Source of the DNA: Bdellovibrionia bacterium
GTDB taxonomy: Bacteria > Bdellovibrionota > UBA1018
Assembly (NCBI GenBank): GCA_040399745.1
Contig: JBBARP010000001.1
Span: forward strand, 1-64,000
Length of the DNA: 64,000 nt
Reading direction: 5' to 3'
The notes beneath the pieces are model-generated. The model ran no database searches. It worked only from the letters and a program-made list of their open reading frames with translations, and was not told where the DNA came from. Position 1 is the stretch's first letter. Every line of letters starts with the position of its first letter. A program made the translations under genes and the position numbers. Of this stretch, positions 52,992 to 64,000 are shown piece after piece.

Positions 52992-54794
52992 ATGACTTTC
53001 GTTCTGTTGTTGTCTTTATTGGCGTCATCGGCTGCTTATGCAGAGACCGATGTGCAAGGCCGCACCTGGCTTTTGCCCGAAATCAAAGTGGAAGAGAGCA
53101 CTCCCGTTGAGACGCTTTCCCTCGATCCCACGCTTCCTGTGGTTTCTGGAAAGTCGAACGCATCGGGCTCGCGCGGCTCGCTCGAAAACTCTCTCTTCAA
53201 TCAAATCGCGCTTCCCACAACGAATAACGCTGAGCCCGGAACTCTGAGCCAATTCCGCGGCGCCGGTCGTTCGGTGACCGACACGGAAGTTCAGGCCTTG
53301 GGGATTTCTCTGAACCCGCCCGCCGGTGGGGGCTTGGATTTGTCCACTTTGCCTCAGTACTTGTGGAGCGACTTTGAATATCAAATGGGCCCGGCCTTGG
53401 GTGCCTTTGACCTTCGCGCGAACTCAGGAACTTTGATTCTGACCCCTTGGACCGAAACGGCGCTGAATAGCGCAGAGAGCAGCGTTTACGGACGAATGAT
53501 GTCGTCCTCTGCAGGGGTTACCCAGACGGCCGCTGGTGCCGATTGGGGCCGCCAAGGCGCGATCCTAGCGGGTTACAGCGGCGGCACCGCGACGGGGCCG
53601 AGCGGTTCGCTCAGCACGCGCTGGAATGCGGGCCCTTTGCGTGGAAAATTTCACGTCTTGGGGAGCCAGATCGAGGCACCCGTGCCGGGTTCTTTTAGTT
53701 ATCCCACGCCCGATGCGCGTCAGGTGTCTTCTCGTCTTCTTCCGGTCCTTCAAGCGGACACGGACGTGGGCGAGGGCGTGTTCAAGACCAGCGCCTTTTA
53801 CGACGTGATCGACTTGGAAAACACGGACCCGGGCACGAAGAATCTTTACCCAGGCGAAAGCCAATCTACGAGCCGCACCCGTCAAGGCGGGGTGGAGCTG
53901 GCCTACCTTCAAGGGGGCTTCAGTCTGGGAGCCGGCGCGCGTCGCACGAATTACACGCTTCGAAGCGATTATTCTGGAACACGTTACGACACGGATCAGG
54001 GCGAAACGGCAGCCCACGCATCACTCGGCTACGTCTGGCAGGAAGGTGCGCTTCAAGTTTCTCCTCGGGTGGAAGGGACCAGCCTGTCGTCCTACGGCTT
54101 CCGCCCGGGCGCGTCCCTCGGCGCTCGCTATGCATTCACTCCAGGAGTAGCGGCCTTTTTGCGAGGCTCTTCAACCTACATTTTTCCCGGACTTTTGGAT
54201 CGCTACTACCAGAGCTCGAGTTTCATGGGCGACCCAAACCTCCTGACCGAGCGCGACTGGACCCTGCAGACGGGTCTTGAGGGCAGTGCGCAAGGCACCC
54301 AAGCTTCGCTTCAGCTCATGTATCAGCTTCGCCATGATGCGATCGTGAACCCGGCCGACGGTTATGGCTCGCCTAGCAACGTGGGCGACGCCACTTTGGG
54401 GACCGCTCTGGCCACGGTGAATCAGGACTTGTTCCTGGGCTTTCAGGCCTTCACTTCGGCCTCGTACCGTTGGTCCAGAATTCTCCAAACGGGAGCCCGT
54501 TTCCCGTATGTTCCTCAGTATTCTCAGGTGGTTGGCCTGAAATGGGCCGACTCGCCTGAGACCCCGAAAGTTCAGCTGCGAAGCAGCTTCCGGGCAGTGA
54601 CGGAGTCGACCGTGACGTCCGAGACGGACCTTTTGCCGGGCTACGGGGTTTTGGAGCTGGGAGCGCAGGTTCGACTGTCTCAGGTGAATTTGATCCTTCA
54701 GGTCGAGGACGCTTTGGACCGCGCGCCTCAGTACACCAAGGAATACCCGAGTCAGGGGCGGCTGGTCAGTGGCGGCTTGCAGGCCACTTTCTAG
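52992..54794 (+). CDS. TonB-dependent receptor, BtuB-like by context
   Basis: Signal peptide, plug-like RG...TEV..LG, beta-barrel pattern and C-terminal GR....GLQATF. It follows the B12 riboswitch. Confidence 0.8.
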   Translation: MTFVLLLSLLASSAAYAETDVQGRTWLLPEIKVEESTPVETLSLDPTLPVVSGKSNASGSRGSLENSLFNQIALPTTNNAEPGTLSQFRGAGRSVTDTEVQALGISLNPPAGGGLDLSTLPQYLWSDFEYQMGPALGAFDLRANSGTLILTPWTETALNSAESSVYGRMMSSSAGVTQTAAGADWGRQGAILAGYSGGTATGPSGSLSTRWNAGPLRGKFHVLGSQIEAPVPGSFSYPTPDARQVSSRLLPVLQADTDVGEGVFKTSAFYDVIDLENTDPGTKNLYPGESQSTSRTRQGGVELAYLQGGFSLGAGARRTNYTLRSDYSGTRYDTDQGETAAHASLGYVWQEGALQVSPRVEGTSLSSYGFRPGASLGARYAFTPGVAAFLRGSSTYIFPGLLDRYYQSSSFMGDPNLLTERDWTLQTGLEGSAQGTQASLQLMYQLRHDAIVNPADGYGSPSNVGDATLGTALATVNQDLFLGFQAFTSASYRWSRILQTGARFPYVPQYSQVVGLKWADSPETPKVQLRSSFRAVTESTVTSETDLLPGYGVLELGAQVRLSQVNLILQVEDALDRAPQYTKEYPSQGRLVSGGLQATF

Positions 54795-54855
54795 GGCCTA
54801 AGCTCGCGAAAACCGATTGATTTGCTTCCATCGGTTGGGTAGGACCAGTGGCATC

Positions 54856-54931
54856 TCACACATTCCGGGCACTGTGGTGCCTTGAAAGGGACGGGTAGAC
54901 CCTGTCGCTTTTCGGGTTTCCGGAATGGAGG
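54856..54931 (+). ncRNA. rpsB leader (t44/S2 autoregulatory RNA-like)
   Basis: CACA-CATTCCGG...GGTGCC...CCGGAATG-GAGG architecture upstream of rpsB. Confidence 0.6.
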
Positions 54932-55064
54932 GGGCCAAGCCCTTTTCGAAAGTGGTTTTCGAAATTCCAGCAAGGCCCATTCAACCGCGGTTCGCTTCGG
55001 CAGACGAACGTTCTGTTCCTGCCTCCGCCTTCCGCATTTTTTCCAAGACAATCAGGAGTGTTAC

Positions 55065-55904
55065 ATGCCCCAAATCACGATGCGCGAATTGCTCGAGGCA
55101 GGCGTCCACTTTGGTCACCAAACCCATCGCTGGAACCCGAAAATGAAGCCGTACGTTTTCGGCGCCCGTAACGGGATTTACATTGTCGACCTTCAAAAAA
55201 CCGTCGACCAAACCCGCGCTGCTTGCGACTTCATCAGCAAAGTGACCTCCGAAGGCAAGAAAGTCCTTTTCGTTGGCACCAAGAAGCAAGCCAAAGACGT
55301 GATCCAAGAAGAAGCAGCGCGCTCCGGCATGTACTACGTGAACAACCGCTGGCTCGGCGGCATGCTCACCAACTACCAAACCGTGAAAGCTTCGATCGAC
55401 CGCTTGAAGAAGATCGAGGTCCTCAAGGGCTCGCCCGAGTGGAACGAAGTGCCGAAGAAAGAACAAGCCCGCTACGACCGCGAGCTCGACAAGCTGAAGA
55501 AATCGCTCGGCGGCATCGAAGACATGAAGAAACTTCCCGGCGCGATCTTCGTGATCGACACCGAGAAAGAACACATTGCTGTGAAGGAAGCCAAGAAACT
55601 GGGCATCCCCACCGTGGCAGTCGTGGACACCAACTGCGATCCTTCGGACATCAACTACGTCATCCCCGGCAACGACGATGCGATCCGCTCGGTTCGCTTG
55701 TTCGCTCGCTTGATCGCTGAGAGCTGCATCGAAGGCGCTCGCGTTCATCAAGAGAAGCTGCGCGCTCAAGAAGGCGGCTCGGATCGCGACGAAGGCGACA
55801 CCGAGAAGAAGGTTTCGCGCTTCGAAGGCGACATCGACCTTCAAGGTGTGGACGAAGCTGATATCGCTGCTCAAGAAGAAGAAACCGTCACCGAACAAGC
55901 CTGA
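55065..55904 (+). CDS. rpsB: 30S ribosomal protein S2
   Basis: [19 protein letters not shown] and PGNDDAIRS. Confidence 0.99.
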   Translation: MPQITMRELLEAGVHFGHQTHRWNPKMKPYVFGARNGIYIVDLQKTVDQTRAACDFISKVTSEGKKVLFVGTKKQAKDVIQEEAARSGMYYVNNRWLGGMLTNYQTVKASIDRLKKIEVLKGSPEWNEVPKKEQARYDRELDKLKKSLGGIEDMKKLPGAIFVIDTEKEHIAVKEAKKLGIPTVAVVDTNCDPSDINYVIPGNDDAIRSVRLFARLIAESCIEGARVHQEKLRAQEGGSDRDEGDTEKKVSRFEGDIDLQGVDEADIAAQEEETVTEQA

Positions 55905-55929
55905 TTCGGCTTCGAAAGAAGGAATGACC

Positions 55930-57619
<1,690 letters not shown>

Positions 57620-57658
57620 GTTTTTCGTCCACCTAATCTGACTCTAAGGAGAGTTTCT

Positions 57659-58216
57659 ATGTCGAAGGCAATCCTCGATTCGATGACCCAGAACATGGAC
57701 AAAGCCATCCAGTCGCTGAAAGGCGACCTGGCCAAGGTTCGCACGGGGCGCGCTTCCACGGCGCTGGTCGAGCCAGTGAACGTGGACTACTACGGTTCGA
57801 GCTCTCCGCTCAGCCAAGTGGGCAACGTGACGACTCCCGACGCCCGCACGATCCAGATTGCTCCTTGGGACGCGGGGATGCTGGGCGCGATTGAGAAGTC
57901 CATTTTGGCGGCCAACTTGGGCCTGACTCCTCAGAACGACGGCAAAGTGATTCGTATCAACGTGCCGGCCATGACTGAAGAGCGCCGTAAAGAGATGGTC
58001 AAGCTGGTGAAGAAAATGGGCGAGGACACGAAAGTGGCCCTGCGCAACCAGCGCCGCGACGGCAACGAAGAAGTGAAAAAGCAGGAAAAAGGTAAAGCTT
58101 TGTCGGAAGACGAAGCCAAGAAAACCTTGGAAACGATTCAGAAGAAGACGGACGATAAAGTCGCTGAAGTCGACAAGATCGTCGTCGCCAAGGAAAAGGA
58201 GATCATGACCATCTAG
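57659..58216 (+). CDS. frr: Ribosome recycling factor
   Basis: RTGRAS, LGLTPQNDG and TEERRKE. Confidence 0.98.
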   Translation: MSKAILDSMTQNMDKAIQSLKGDLAKVRTGRASTALVEPVNVDYYGSSSPLSQVGNVTTPDARTIQIAPWDAGMLGAIEKSILAANLGLTPQNDGKVIRINVPAMTEERRKEMVKLVKKMGEDTKVALRNQRRDGNEEVKKQEKGKALSEDEAKKTLETIQKKTDDKVAEVDKIVVAKEKEIMTI

Positions 58217-58230
58217 TGGTCGGATCTCGA

Positions 58231-59034
58231 ATGCGCGAAAAGCATCCGCCCCGACATGTCGCGATCATTATGGATGGCAACGGCCGCTGGGCCGCTCGCC
58301 GCCATCGGCCGCGTTTTTTCGGACATGTCCGTGGGGCAGGGCGAATCAAGGATGTGGTTCGCGAGGCCGATCGTCTGGGAATTCAGGCGCTGACGCTTTT
58401 TGCTTTTTCGACGGAGAACTGGGGTCGTCCCGAAGCCGAATTGAATGTGCTTTGGAACCTTTTGAAACGGTTCTTGGTGCGTGAAGCGGATGAGTTAGCC
58501 CGCCAGAATGTGCGCTTACGGGTGATCGGCGAAGTCGAGCGCCTGGGCGCAGACGTACGCGCGATTTTAGATCCCGTCATTCGTAGGTTGGAAGGGAACA
58601 CCGGCCTTCAGCTCACGTTTGCGGTTTCTTACGGTTCTCGCAAAGAAATGGCGCGCGCGGCGCGTTTGTTTGCCGAGGATTGTGCGGCGGGGCTTCGTCG
58701 ACCTCATGAGATGACCGAAGAGGTTCTGGCCTCCTACCTTTGGACGGCTGAACTGGGCGATCTTTCTGATGTCGATTTGGTGATTCGAACCAGCGGCGAG
58801 CATCGGATTTCGAATTTCCTGCTTTGGCAGGCGGCGTATGCTGAGTTTGTGTTCCTCGATCTTTGCTGGCCTGACTTTGGCCCTGCGGACTTGGAGCAGG
58901 CGGTGGCGGAGTATCACTCGCGCGATCGTCGGTATGGTCAGGTGTCAGGGGTAGGCGTGTTACCTGCGTCCTTGCGGATTGCGGGACAAGAGGAAGAGGA
59001 AGCGAAATGGACGCAAGCACGACCTGGGAAATGA
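58231..59034 (+). CDS. uppS: Undecaprenyl diphosphate synthase
   Basis: HVAIIMDGNGRWA, FSTENW and RTSGEHRISNFLLWQ. Confidence 0.97.
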   Translation: MREKHPPRHVAIIMDGNGRWAARRHRPRFFGHVRGAGRIKDVVREADRLGIQALTLFAFSTENWGRPEAELNVLWNLLKRFLVREADELARQNVRLRVIGEVERLGADVRAILDPVIRRLEGNTGLQLTFAVSYGSRKEMARAARLFAEDCAAGLRRPHEMTEEVLASYLWTAELGDLSDVDLVIRTSGEHRISNFLLWQAAYAEFVFLDLCWPDFGPADLEQAVAEYHSRDRRYGQVSGVGVLPASLRIAGQEEEEAKWTQARPGK

Positions 59035-59852
59035 ATCCGGAACTTCGAAGCCGGGTCAGGACCGCTGTAGTGGGCCTGATTCCGATGCTTCTTTTGCTCT
59101 TCTTTGGCAGCCGTTTCGGCGTGGCCGTGATCGCAGCGATCATTTCCCTGGGGATGATTTACGAGTTCTCCGGGATGGTTTTCACGCTTCCCGACCAAGA
59201 TGCCAAACGAAAGGTGCTGTTGGGCTGCACCTGGCTTCTGGCGTTCGTGAACTTTTGGATCCCTCGGAGCGAGTACGAATTGCTTCTGTTCTCGTTCTTG
59301 GGGCTTTTTGCCTATTTCCTGTTCACGGTGGAAGCACACCAAGAAGAGGCCATGACCACCCATTTTCGCGAGTTGATGTACTCGATTTTTGGGTTGGTCT
59401 ACCTGGCGTTCCTGCCGCTTTTCCTGGTTCTGATCCGGGACTCCGCTTTTGGCCTGAAATGGACTTTCCTGTTTTTCCTGCTGGTTTGGGGGGGTGACAC
59501 GGGCGCCTATTTCGTCGGTAAAAAGTACGGCAAGCGGAAGCTTTTCCCGGTCATCAGCCCCAAGAAGACGGTCGAAGGGGCCCTCGGCGGGATGGCCGCC
59601 GGAGCGGCCTTAACGCTTCTATTTAAGGTCCTGTTTTTCAAGGAGTTGGGCTGGGGAATGATCCTCATCCTGCCCCTGATCATCGGCGTGGTGGCCCCGA
59701 TCGGCGACCTGTGCGAGAGTTTCCTAAAGCGGGCGTTCCACCGAAAAGACTCAGGAAGCATCCTGCCGGGCCATGGTGGTTTTTTGGATCGGTTTGATGG
59801 GGTGATTTTCTCGGCTCCAATCATGTATGGTTGCATCCGGCTGTTCGGATAA
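59031..59852 (+). CDS. cdsA: Phosphatidate cytidylyltransferase
   Basis: SPKKTVEG and GDLCESFLKR...KDSGSILPGHGGFLDRFD. Confidence 0.97.
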   Translation: MNPELRSRVRTAVVGLIPMLLLLFFGSRFGVAVIAAIISLGMIYEFSGMVFTLPDQDAKRKVLLGCTWLLAFVNFWIPRSEYELLLFSFLGLFAYFLFTVEAHQEEAMTTHFRELMYSIFGLVYLAFLPLFLVLIRDSAFGLKWTFLFFLLVWGGDTGAYFVGKKYGKRKLFPVISPKKTVEGALGGMAAGAALTLLFKVLFFKELGWGMILILPLIIGVVAPIGDLCESFLKRAFHRKDSGSILPGHGGFLDRFDGVIFSAPIMYGCIRLFG

Positions 59853-59876
59853 CCGCCCTCACAGCAAGGAGCTTTC

Positions 59877-61505
59877 GTGCTTTCAGTACTGGGCTTTCTC
59901 GTCGCATTGATGCCTCTCGTGGTTTTCCACGAATTTGGCCATTTCATCTTCGCTCGTATTTTCGGAGTCAAAGCCGAGACTTTCTCGGTGGGCTTCGGAA
60001 AGAAACTTTGGCGCAAACAGATCGGTGAAACCGAGTGGTGTTTGTCTGCCATCCCGCTGGGCGGCTACGTGAAGCTTTTGGGCGAGGACGGCGAGCGACA
60101 GCTCACCGCTGAGGAGCAGCATCGTTCCCTGAATCGCGCGGCCCTTTGGAAGCGCTTCTTCATTTTCGTCGGGGGCCCGCTCTTCAATTTCATTCTTTCG
60201 GTCTTCCTGTTCATGGCGATCCTGTTGATCGGTGAACCGCAAATGACCAGCCGCTTGGGGCGCGTGGTTCCCGGAACCGCAGCTGCTCGCGCAGGCCTGC
60301 AGAGCGGTGACCGCGTGGTCGGCATCGACGGAAAGCCGGTGCGCAAGTTCGAGGAAGTGATGAGCGCCATTCTGGAAAATCCAGGCAAGCAGCTCGCTCT
60401 CAGCGTTCAGCGCGGAGCCGCAGAGTCGGCGCCGGTCGAAGTGCGCGTTCAGCCGACTTCGCAAGAAGGCTACTCGGTTTACGGTGAAGCCACCCATGTG
60501 GGCGAACTGGAAGGTTTGCTCCCGATGGCGCGCTCAACCACTTTGGGGATTTCTGACCCCGCAAGCGGTGGCGCAAAGGCTGGCCTGAAAACGGGCGACA
60601 CGGTTCGCTCGGTCGGCGGAAAAGCCGTCGCAACTTGGGAAGAGATCGAAGCCGCCTATTCGGCGCTGAACCCCGGTCAATCGCTGAGCCTCGTGGCTTC
60701 AGGCAAAGACGGTGAAAAATCTTTGGAAGTGAAGCGCGTCGCGGGTCAATCGCTTGCTCAAGCTTCGGGGATTCACTCCTCTGAATTCTTTGTCGATAAG
60801 CCGGTAGAGGGTTCTCCGGCTCAAGCTGCCGGCGTATTGCCTGGCGATCGCTTGATCGGCGTAGGGACGCACGTGGTTCAAAGTTTTATCGAGCTTCGCG
60901 ACGCGGTTCAGCGATCGGGCGAGCAGCACGGCAAAGTGAATTTGGTCTGGGAGCGAAGCGGCAAGGTCATGCAGGCCGAGATCGTTCCGACGGCCACGAA
61001 CTCCCGCGATCCCAACCTGAAAAAGACCACTCAGTTCACGGTAGGCGTCGTGCCTCAGCTGGTTTGGGCAGAAGCCGAAACCTTGATCGAGCGGGTCTAC
61101 AACCCCATCACCTTGGTAGGCACCGCAACCCAGCGCATGTGGCAGCACTCCGAACGCAACTTGGTTTCGATCGTCAAGATGGTGAAGGGCGAAGTTTCGG
61201 TCAAAGCTCTGGGCGGGCCGATCTTGATTGGTAAGGTGGCTGGTGAGTCGCTTTCGCGCGGCTTGATTGCTTTCCTCACCACCATGTCGGTTCTCTCGGT
61301 CGGCTTGGGCGTACTGAACCTTCTACCTGTGCCGGTCCTGGACGGAGGACACATTGTCCTTCTCGGGATTGAAGCGATTCTGCGCCGTCCGCTGTCCGTG
61401 CGCTTTGTGGAAGTGGTTCAGCAGGTCGGGTTTGCCCTGATCCTGCTCCTCATGGTCGTTGTCATGCGAAACGACATTTCGCGGCTTCCGATCTTCGGAA
61501 ACTGA
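59877..61505 (+). CDS. rseP: RIP metalloprotease RseP (multi-PDZ)
   Basis: HEFGH and NLLPVPVLDGG, with about three PDZ repeats. Confidence 0.96.
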   Translation: MLSVLGFLVALMPLVVFHEFGHFIFARIFGVKAETFSVGFGKKLWRKQIGETEWCLSAIPLGGYVKLLGEDGERQLTAEEQHRSLNRAALWKRFFIFVGGPLFNFILSVFLFMAILLIGEPQMTSRLGRVVPGTAAARAGLQSGDRVVGIDGKPVRKFEEVMSAILENPGKQLALSVQRGAAESAPVEVRVQPTSQEGYSVYGEATHVGELEGLLPMARSTTLGISDPASGGAKAGLKTGDTVRSVGGKAVATWEEIEAAYSALNPGQSLSLVASGKDGEKSLEVKRVAGQSLAQASGIHSSEFFVDKPVEGSPAQAAGVLPGDRLIGVGTHVVQSFIELRDAVQRSGEQHGKVNLVWERSGKVMQAEIVPTATNSRDPNLKKTTQFTVGVVPQLVWAEAETLIERVYNPITLVGTATQRMWQHSERNLVSIVKMVKGEVSVKALGGPILIGKVAGESLSRGLIAFLTTMSVLSVGLGVLNLLPVPVLDGGHIVLLGIEAILRRPLSVRFVEVVQQVGFALILLLMVVVMRNDISRLPIFGN

Positions 61506-61527
61506 CGAAAGAGCAGGAAGTGCGGCA

Positions 61528-62361
61528 GTGAAGATTTTGGCCTGGGACACGTCTTCGAAAGCGGGCGCCATCGCGGCAGTCGAGTGGGACGAACGCTCGC
61601 GCGAAGGGGCCGACGGCGTTCGCTTGGCTGGGGAACTGGGTCTGAACGTCGACGCTCAGCACTCGGATGGCCTTCTTTTTGGCATCGATCAGCTGCTTCA
61701 AGCGGTGCGGTGGAAAATCGAAGAAGTAGACGCTTTTGCCGTCGGAATGGGGCCCGGCAGTTTTACCGGACTTCGAATCGGCATGACCACGGCCCGCACT
61801 TTGGCGCATTCGCTGGGCCGACCGCTGATCGGGCTTTCGAGCTTGGTGGCGCTGGGGCGGCCGGCCGCCCAGGCCGTGCTGGCTCAAGGCGAACGCGGCA
61901 TTGTGATTGCGGCAACCGACGCATGCAAAGGCGAGCTTTTTGCGTTTGTCGGCACGGCCCGGGCCCTGATGGACTGCGTGGCCATGGCTCAGGGGGACGC
62001 GCCGGGGCTCTGGAAGCGCGGCGCTGAAGAGCGCGTGGTGACGCCCGATGAGCTGGTGGCCTGGGCCAAGCAGAAGCTGGGCAAAACGGGCCGCTGGACG
62101 GCGGTCGGCGAAGCGCGCCGGCGCTACCCCGAGGTTTTCGCTCAGTTGCCGGCCAGCCGCGAGGTACCGCACGGGGTGCCGTTCTCCGAGCAGGTGCAAG
62201 GGCGCACTTTGGCGCGCATGGCTTGGGAGGCCTGGCAGGCCGGCCTGGGGCGCGACGCTCTCGGGCTTCAGCCGCGCTACCTGCGCGACTCGGATGCGGA
62301 AGTGAAACTGCGGGCGGGGCTTTTGAAGCGCGCGCCCGTTGAAGGAGATTCAGAGAAATGA
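61528..62361 (+). CDS. tsaB: t6A biosynthesis protein TsaB
   Basis: ILAWDTS and GPGSFTGLRIG. Confidence 0.93.
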   Translation: MKILAWDTSSKAGAIAAVEWDERSREGADGVRLAGELGLNVDAQHSDGLLFGIDQLLQAVRWKIEEVDAFAVGMGPGSFTGLRIGMTTARTLAHSLGRPLIGLSSLVALGRPAAQAVLAQGERGIVIAATDACKGELFAFVGTARALMDCVAMAQGDAPGLWKRGAEERVVTPDELVAWAKQKLGKTGRWTAVGEARRRYPEVFAQLPASREVPHGVPFSEQVQGRTLARMAWEAWQAGLGRDALGLQPRYLRDSDAEVKLRAGLLKRAPVEGDSEK

Positions 62362-63305
62362 GTTCAGCGGTTTCGCTTTGGCTTGGGCCGCTTGCGGCCT
62401 TTGCTTCGTCGTGCACTTGGGCCTACGGCACGTCCGTGTATTCAGCTTTGGCTCGTCAGCACGCTCCGGTGACCGTGAACTTGTGTCGCGCGTTGGTGGC
62501 GCTCCCGCTTTTCCTCATTGGCGGCATGGTCGCCGCAGGCGGATGGACCGATGGCTTGGCCGAGTTTGCCAAGCTCGGCCCCCAGCACCTGGGGTGGTCC
62601 TTGGTTTCCATGAGCGCAAGCTACGGCTTGGGCGATATGTCCTTCTTCATGGCCACCCGGGGCTTGGGCGTTTCAGGTGCTCTTGCCGTGGCGTCGGCCT
62701 ATCCGCTCTGGACGGTCTTAGGCGGGGTTTTGTTCTTGGGTCAGACCCCGGCTTCTCTTCAGTGGTTCGGACTTTTTCTCACTTTAGTGGGCGTCGCCGC
62801 GGTCATCTTGGCGGGCGCTCGTGGAAAGAATCGTCCGAAGAAAAGTGAAGCCGAAGGCATCGCGGCTTTGACGAGTCGCCTGGAGAATCGCTGGGTCGGG
62901 CTCGGCCTTGCGCTCGTTGCTTCGGCTTGTTGGGGACTCAACAGTTTTGCTGTATCGCGAGTGGGCCAAGGGGTTTCGCCTTTTGTCGGCAATGCGGTCC
63001 GAATGGCGTGTGCGATCGGGATCAACCTCAGCATGGCTTGGTTTCTGTTCCCCAAAGCCCCGAAAGTGCTTCCCCGGGCCGATCTCAAAAAACACGCTCC
63101 CGTCTTCGTGATTGAGCCGTTCCTCGGTTCACTCTTCTTTATGTACGGCTTAGCCAATAGCGCTTTGGTGGTGGGCACGACGTTGGCGTCGCTCTCGCCG
63201 GTCATTGCGGTTCCGGTGGCCTACCTGACGGGCTCCGAAAAGCCCTCGCTGATTCGAACGGCGGGGGTTCTGCTCGTGGTCTTGGGTCTCTATCTGCTGA
63301 TGTAG
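62358..63305 (+). CDS. DMT/EamA-family transporter
   Basis: Two EamA-like halves with about 10 TM segments. Confidence 0.85.
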   Translation: MSSAVSLWLGPLAAFASSCTWAYGTSVYSALARQHAPVTVNLCRALVALPLFLIGGMVAAGGWTDGLAEFAKLGPQHLGWSLVSMSASYGLGDMSFFMATRGLGVSGALAVASAYPLWTVLGGVLFLGQTPASLQWFGLFLTLVGVAAVILAGARGKNRPKKSEAEGIAALTSRLENRWVGLGLALVASACWGLNSFAVSRVGQGVSPFVGNAVRMACAIGINLSMAWFLFPKAPKVLPRADLKKHAPVFVIEPFLGSLFFMYGLANSALVVGTTLASLSPVIAVPVAYLTGSEKPSLIRTAGVLLVVLGLYLLM

Positions 63306-63387
63306 AGACTGCGAGCGCCTGGGTTCCGACCGTCTGATCCGGTCGGGGATTGCAATGCCGCGCCCAGATTGCTAGGGTGTAGGGCAA

Positions 63388-64000
63388 ATGCGGAAGGTCT
63401 ATCTGATTCCCAACTTCGTCACGACGGCGAACATGTTCGCGGGTTTTTGCTCGGTCGTGTACTCCATTCGGGGCGATTTCGAGACGGCTGCCTGGGCGAT
63501 TTTGGTCGCTGCAGTTTTCGATATGCTCGACGGTCGCATTGCCCGAATGGCAAAAGCCACCAGTCAGTTTGGCGTCGAGTACGACAGCCTTTCGGATCTG
63601 ATTTCCTTCGGCATGGCCCCCGCCATCTTGCTTTATCAATGGGTGCTTCAGCCCTTTGGTCGCTTGGGCTGGGCCGCTTCGTTTTTGTACATGGCCTGCG
63701 GAGCGCTTCGTTTGGCGCGCTTCAACGTCACTACCGAAACTCTGCCCAAAGGTTACTTTCAGGGCCTCCCCATTCCGATGGCCGCAGGGGTCATCGCCAC
63801 GTTTGAGATTTTTTCCCGCCACTTGGGCTGGGTCGAAGCGCCTCCCATCATCGCCATTAGCTTGGCCTTTGGGTTGGCCAGCATCATGGTCAGCACGCTT
63901 CGCTTCCCTTCGTTCAAAGAGTTCAACTGGCGCTCGAAAGCCAGCTTTGGCTACTTGGCAGTCGGTATTCTATCGATGATCTTGATTGCCGCAGAACCCG
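63388..64000 (+). CDS. pssA: CDP-diacylglycerol--serine O-phosphatidyltransferase (3'-truncated)
   Basis: Hand translation MRKVYLIPNFVTTANMF...FDMLDGRIARMAKATSQFGVEYDSLSDLISFGMAPA contains the CDP-alcohol phosphotransferase motif. Absent from the ORF track. Confidence 0.92.
   Translation, partial: MRKVYLIPNFVTTANMFAGFCSVVYSIRGDFETAAWAILVAAVFDMLDGRIARMAKATSQFGVEYDSLSDLISFGMAPAILLYQWVLQPFGRLGWAASFLYMACGALRLARFNVTTETLPKGYFQGLPIPMAAGVIATFEIFSRHLGWVEAPPIIAISLAFGLASIMVSTLRFPSFKEFNWRSKASFGYLAVGILSMILIAAEP

Overview
Bacterial chromosomal window of moderately high GC. Gene content and protein style suggest a Bdellovibrionota/deltaproteobacteria-like organism (inference, not tested). Positions 1-9.4 kb hold the 3' part of a giant Gly/Thr/Ser-rich surface-type protein made of ~490-aa tandem modules, followed by an MCP with a sigma28-type promoter. 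Positions 11-38.9 kb are housekeeping: leuS, rsgA, rsmB-like, pyrD, an NtrY/NtrX-like pair, proS, pyrF, rlmB, tRNA-Thr/Tyr/Gly/Thr, tuf, rpmG, tRNA-Trp, secE, nusG, rplKAJL, rpoBC and tRNA-Val. This block also contains an unannotated 24-aa Lys-rich microprotein gene with its own promoter, RBS and terminator. Positions 38.9-54.8 kb are accessory: a 212-bp tRNA-Val-tail repeat element, orphan ORFs, three candidate sigma54 promoters with shared TGTAGG-type boxes, an ABC-2 exporter, a stand-alone 4xCache protein, a secreted rhodanese plus PiT transporter, LemA/TPM genes and a TonB receptor behind a cobalamin riboswitch. Positions 55-64 kb hold rpsB-tsf-pyrH-frr-uppS-cdsA-rseP-tsaB, a DMT transporter and a partial pssA. 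No CRISPR array, integrase, transposase or rRNA gene was seen. All calls come from reading the sequence by eye; no database search was run.
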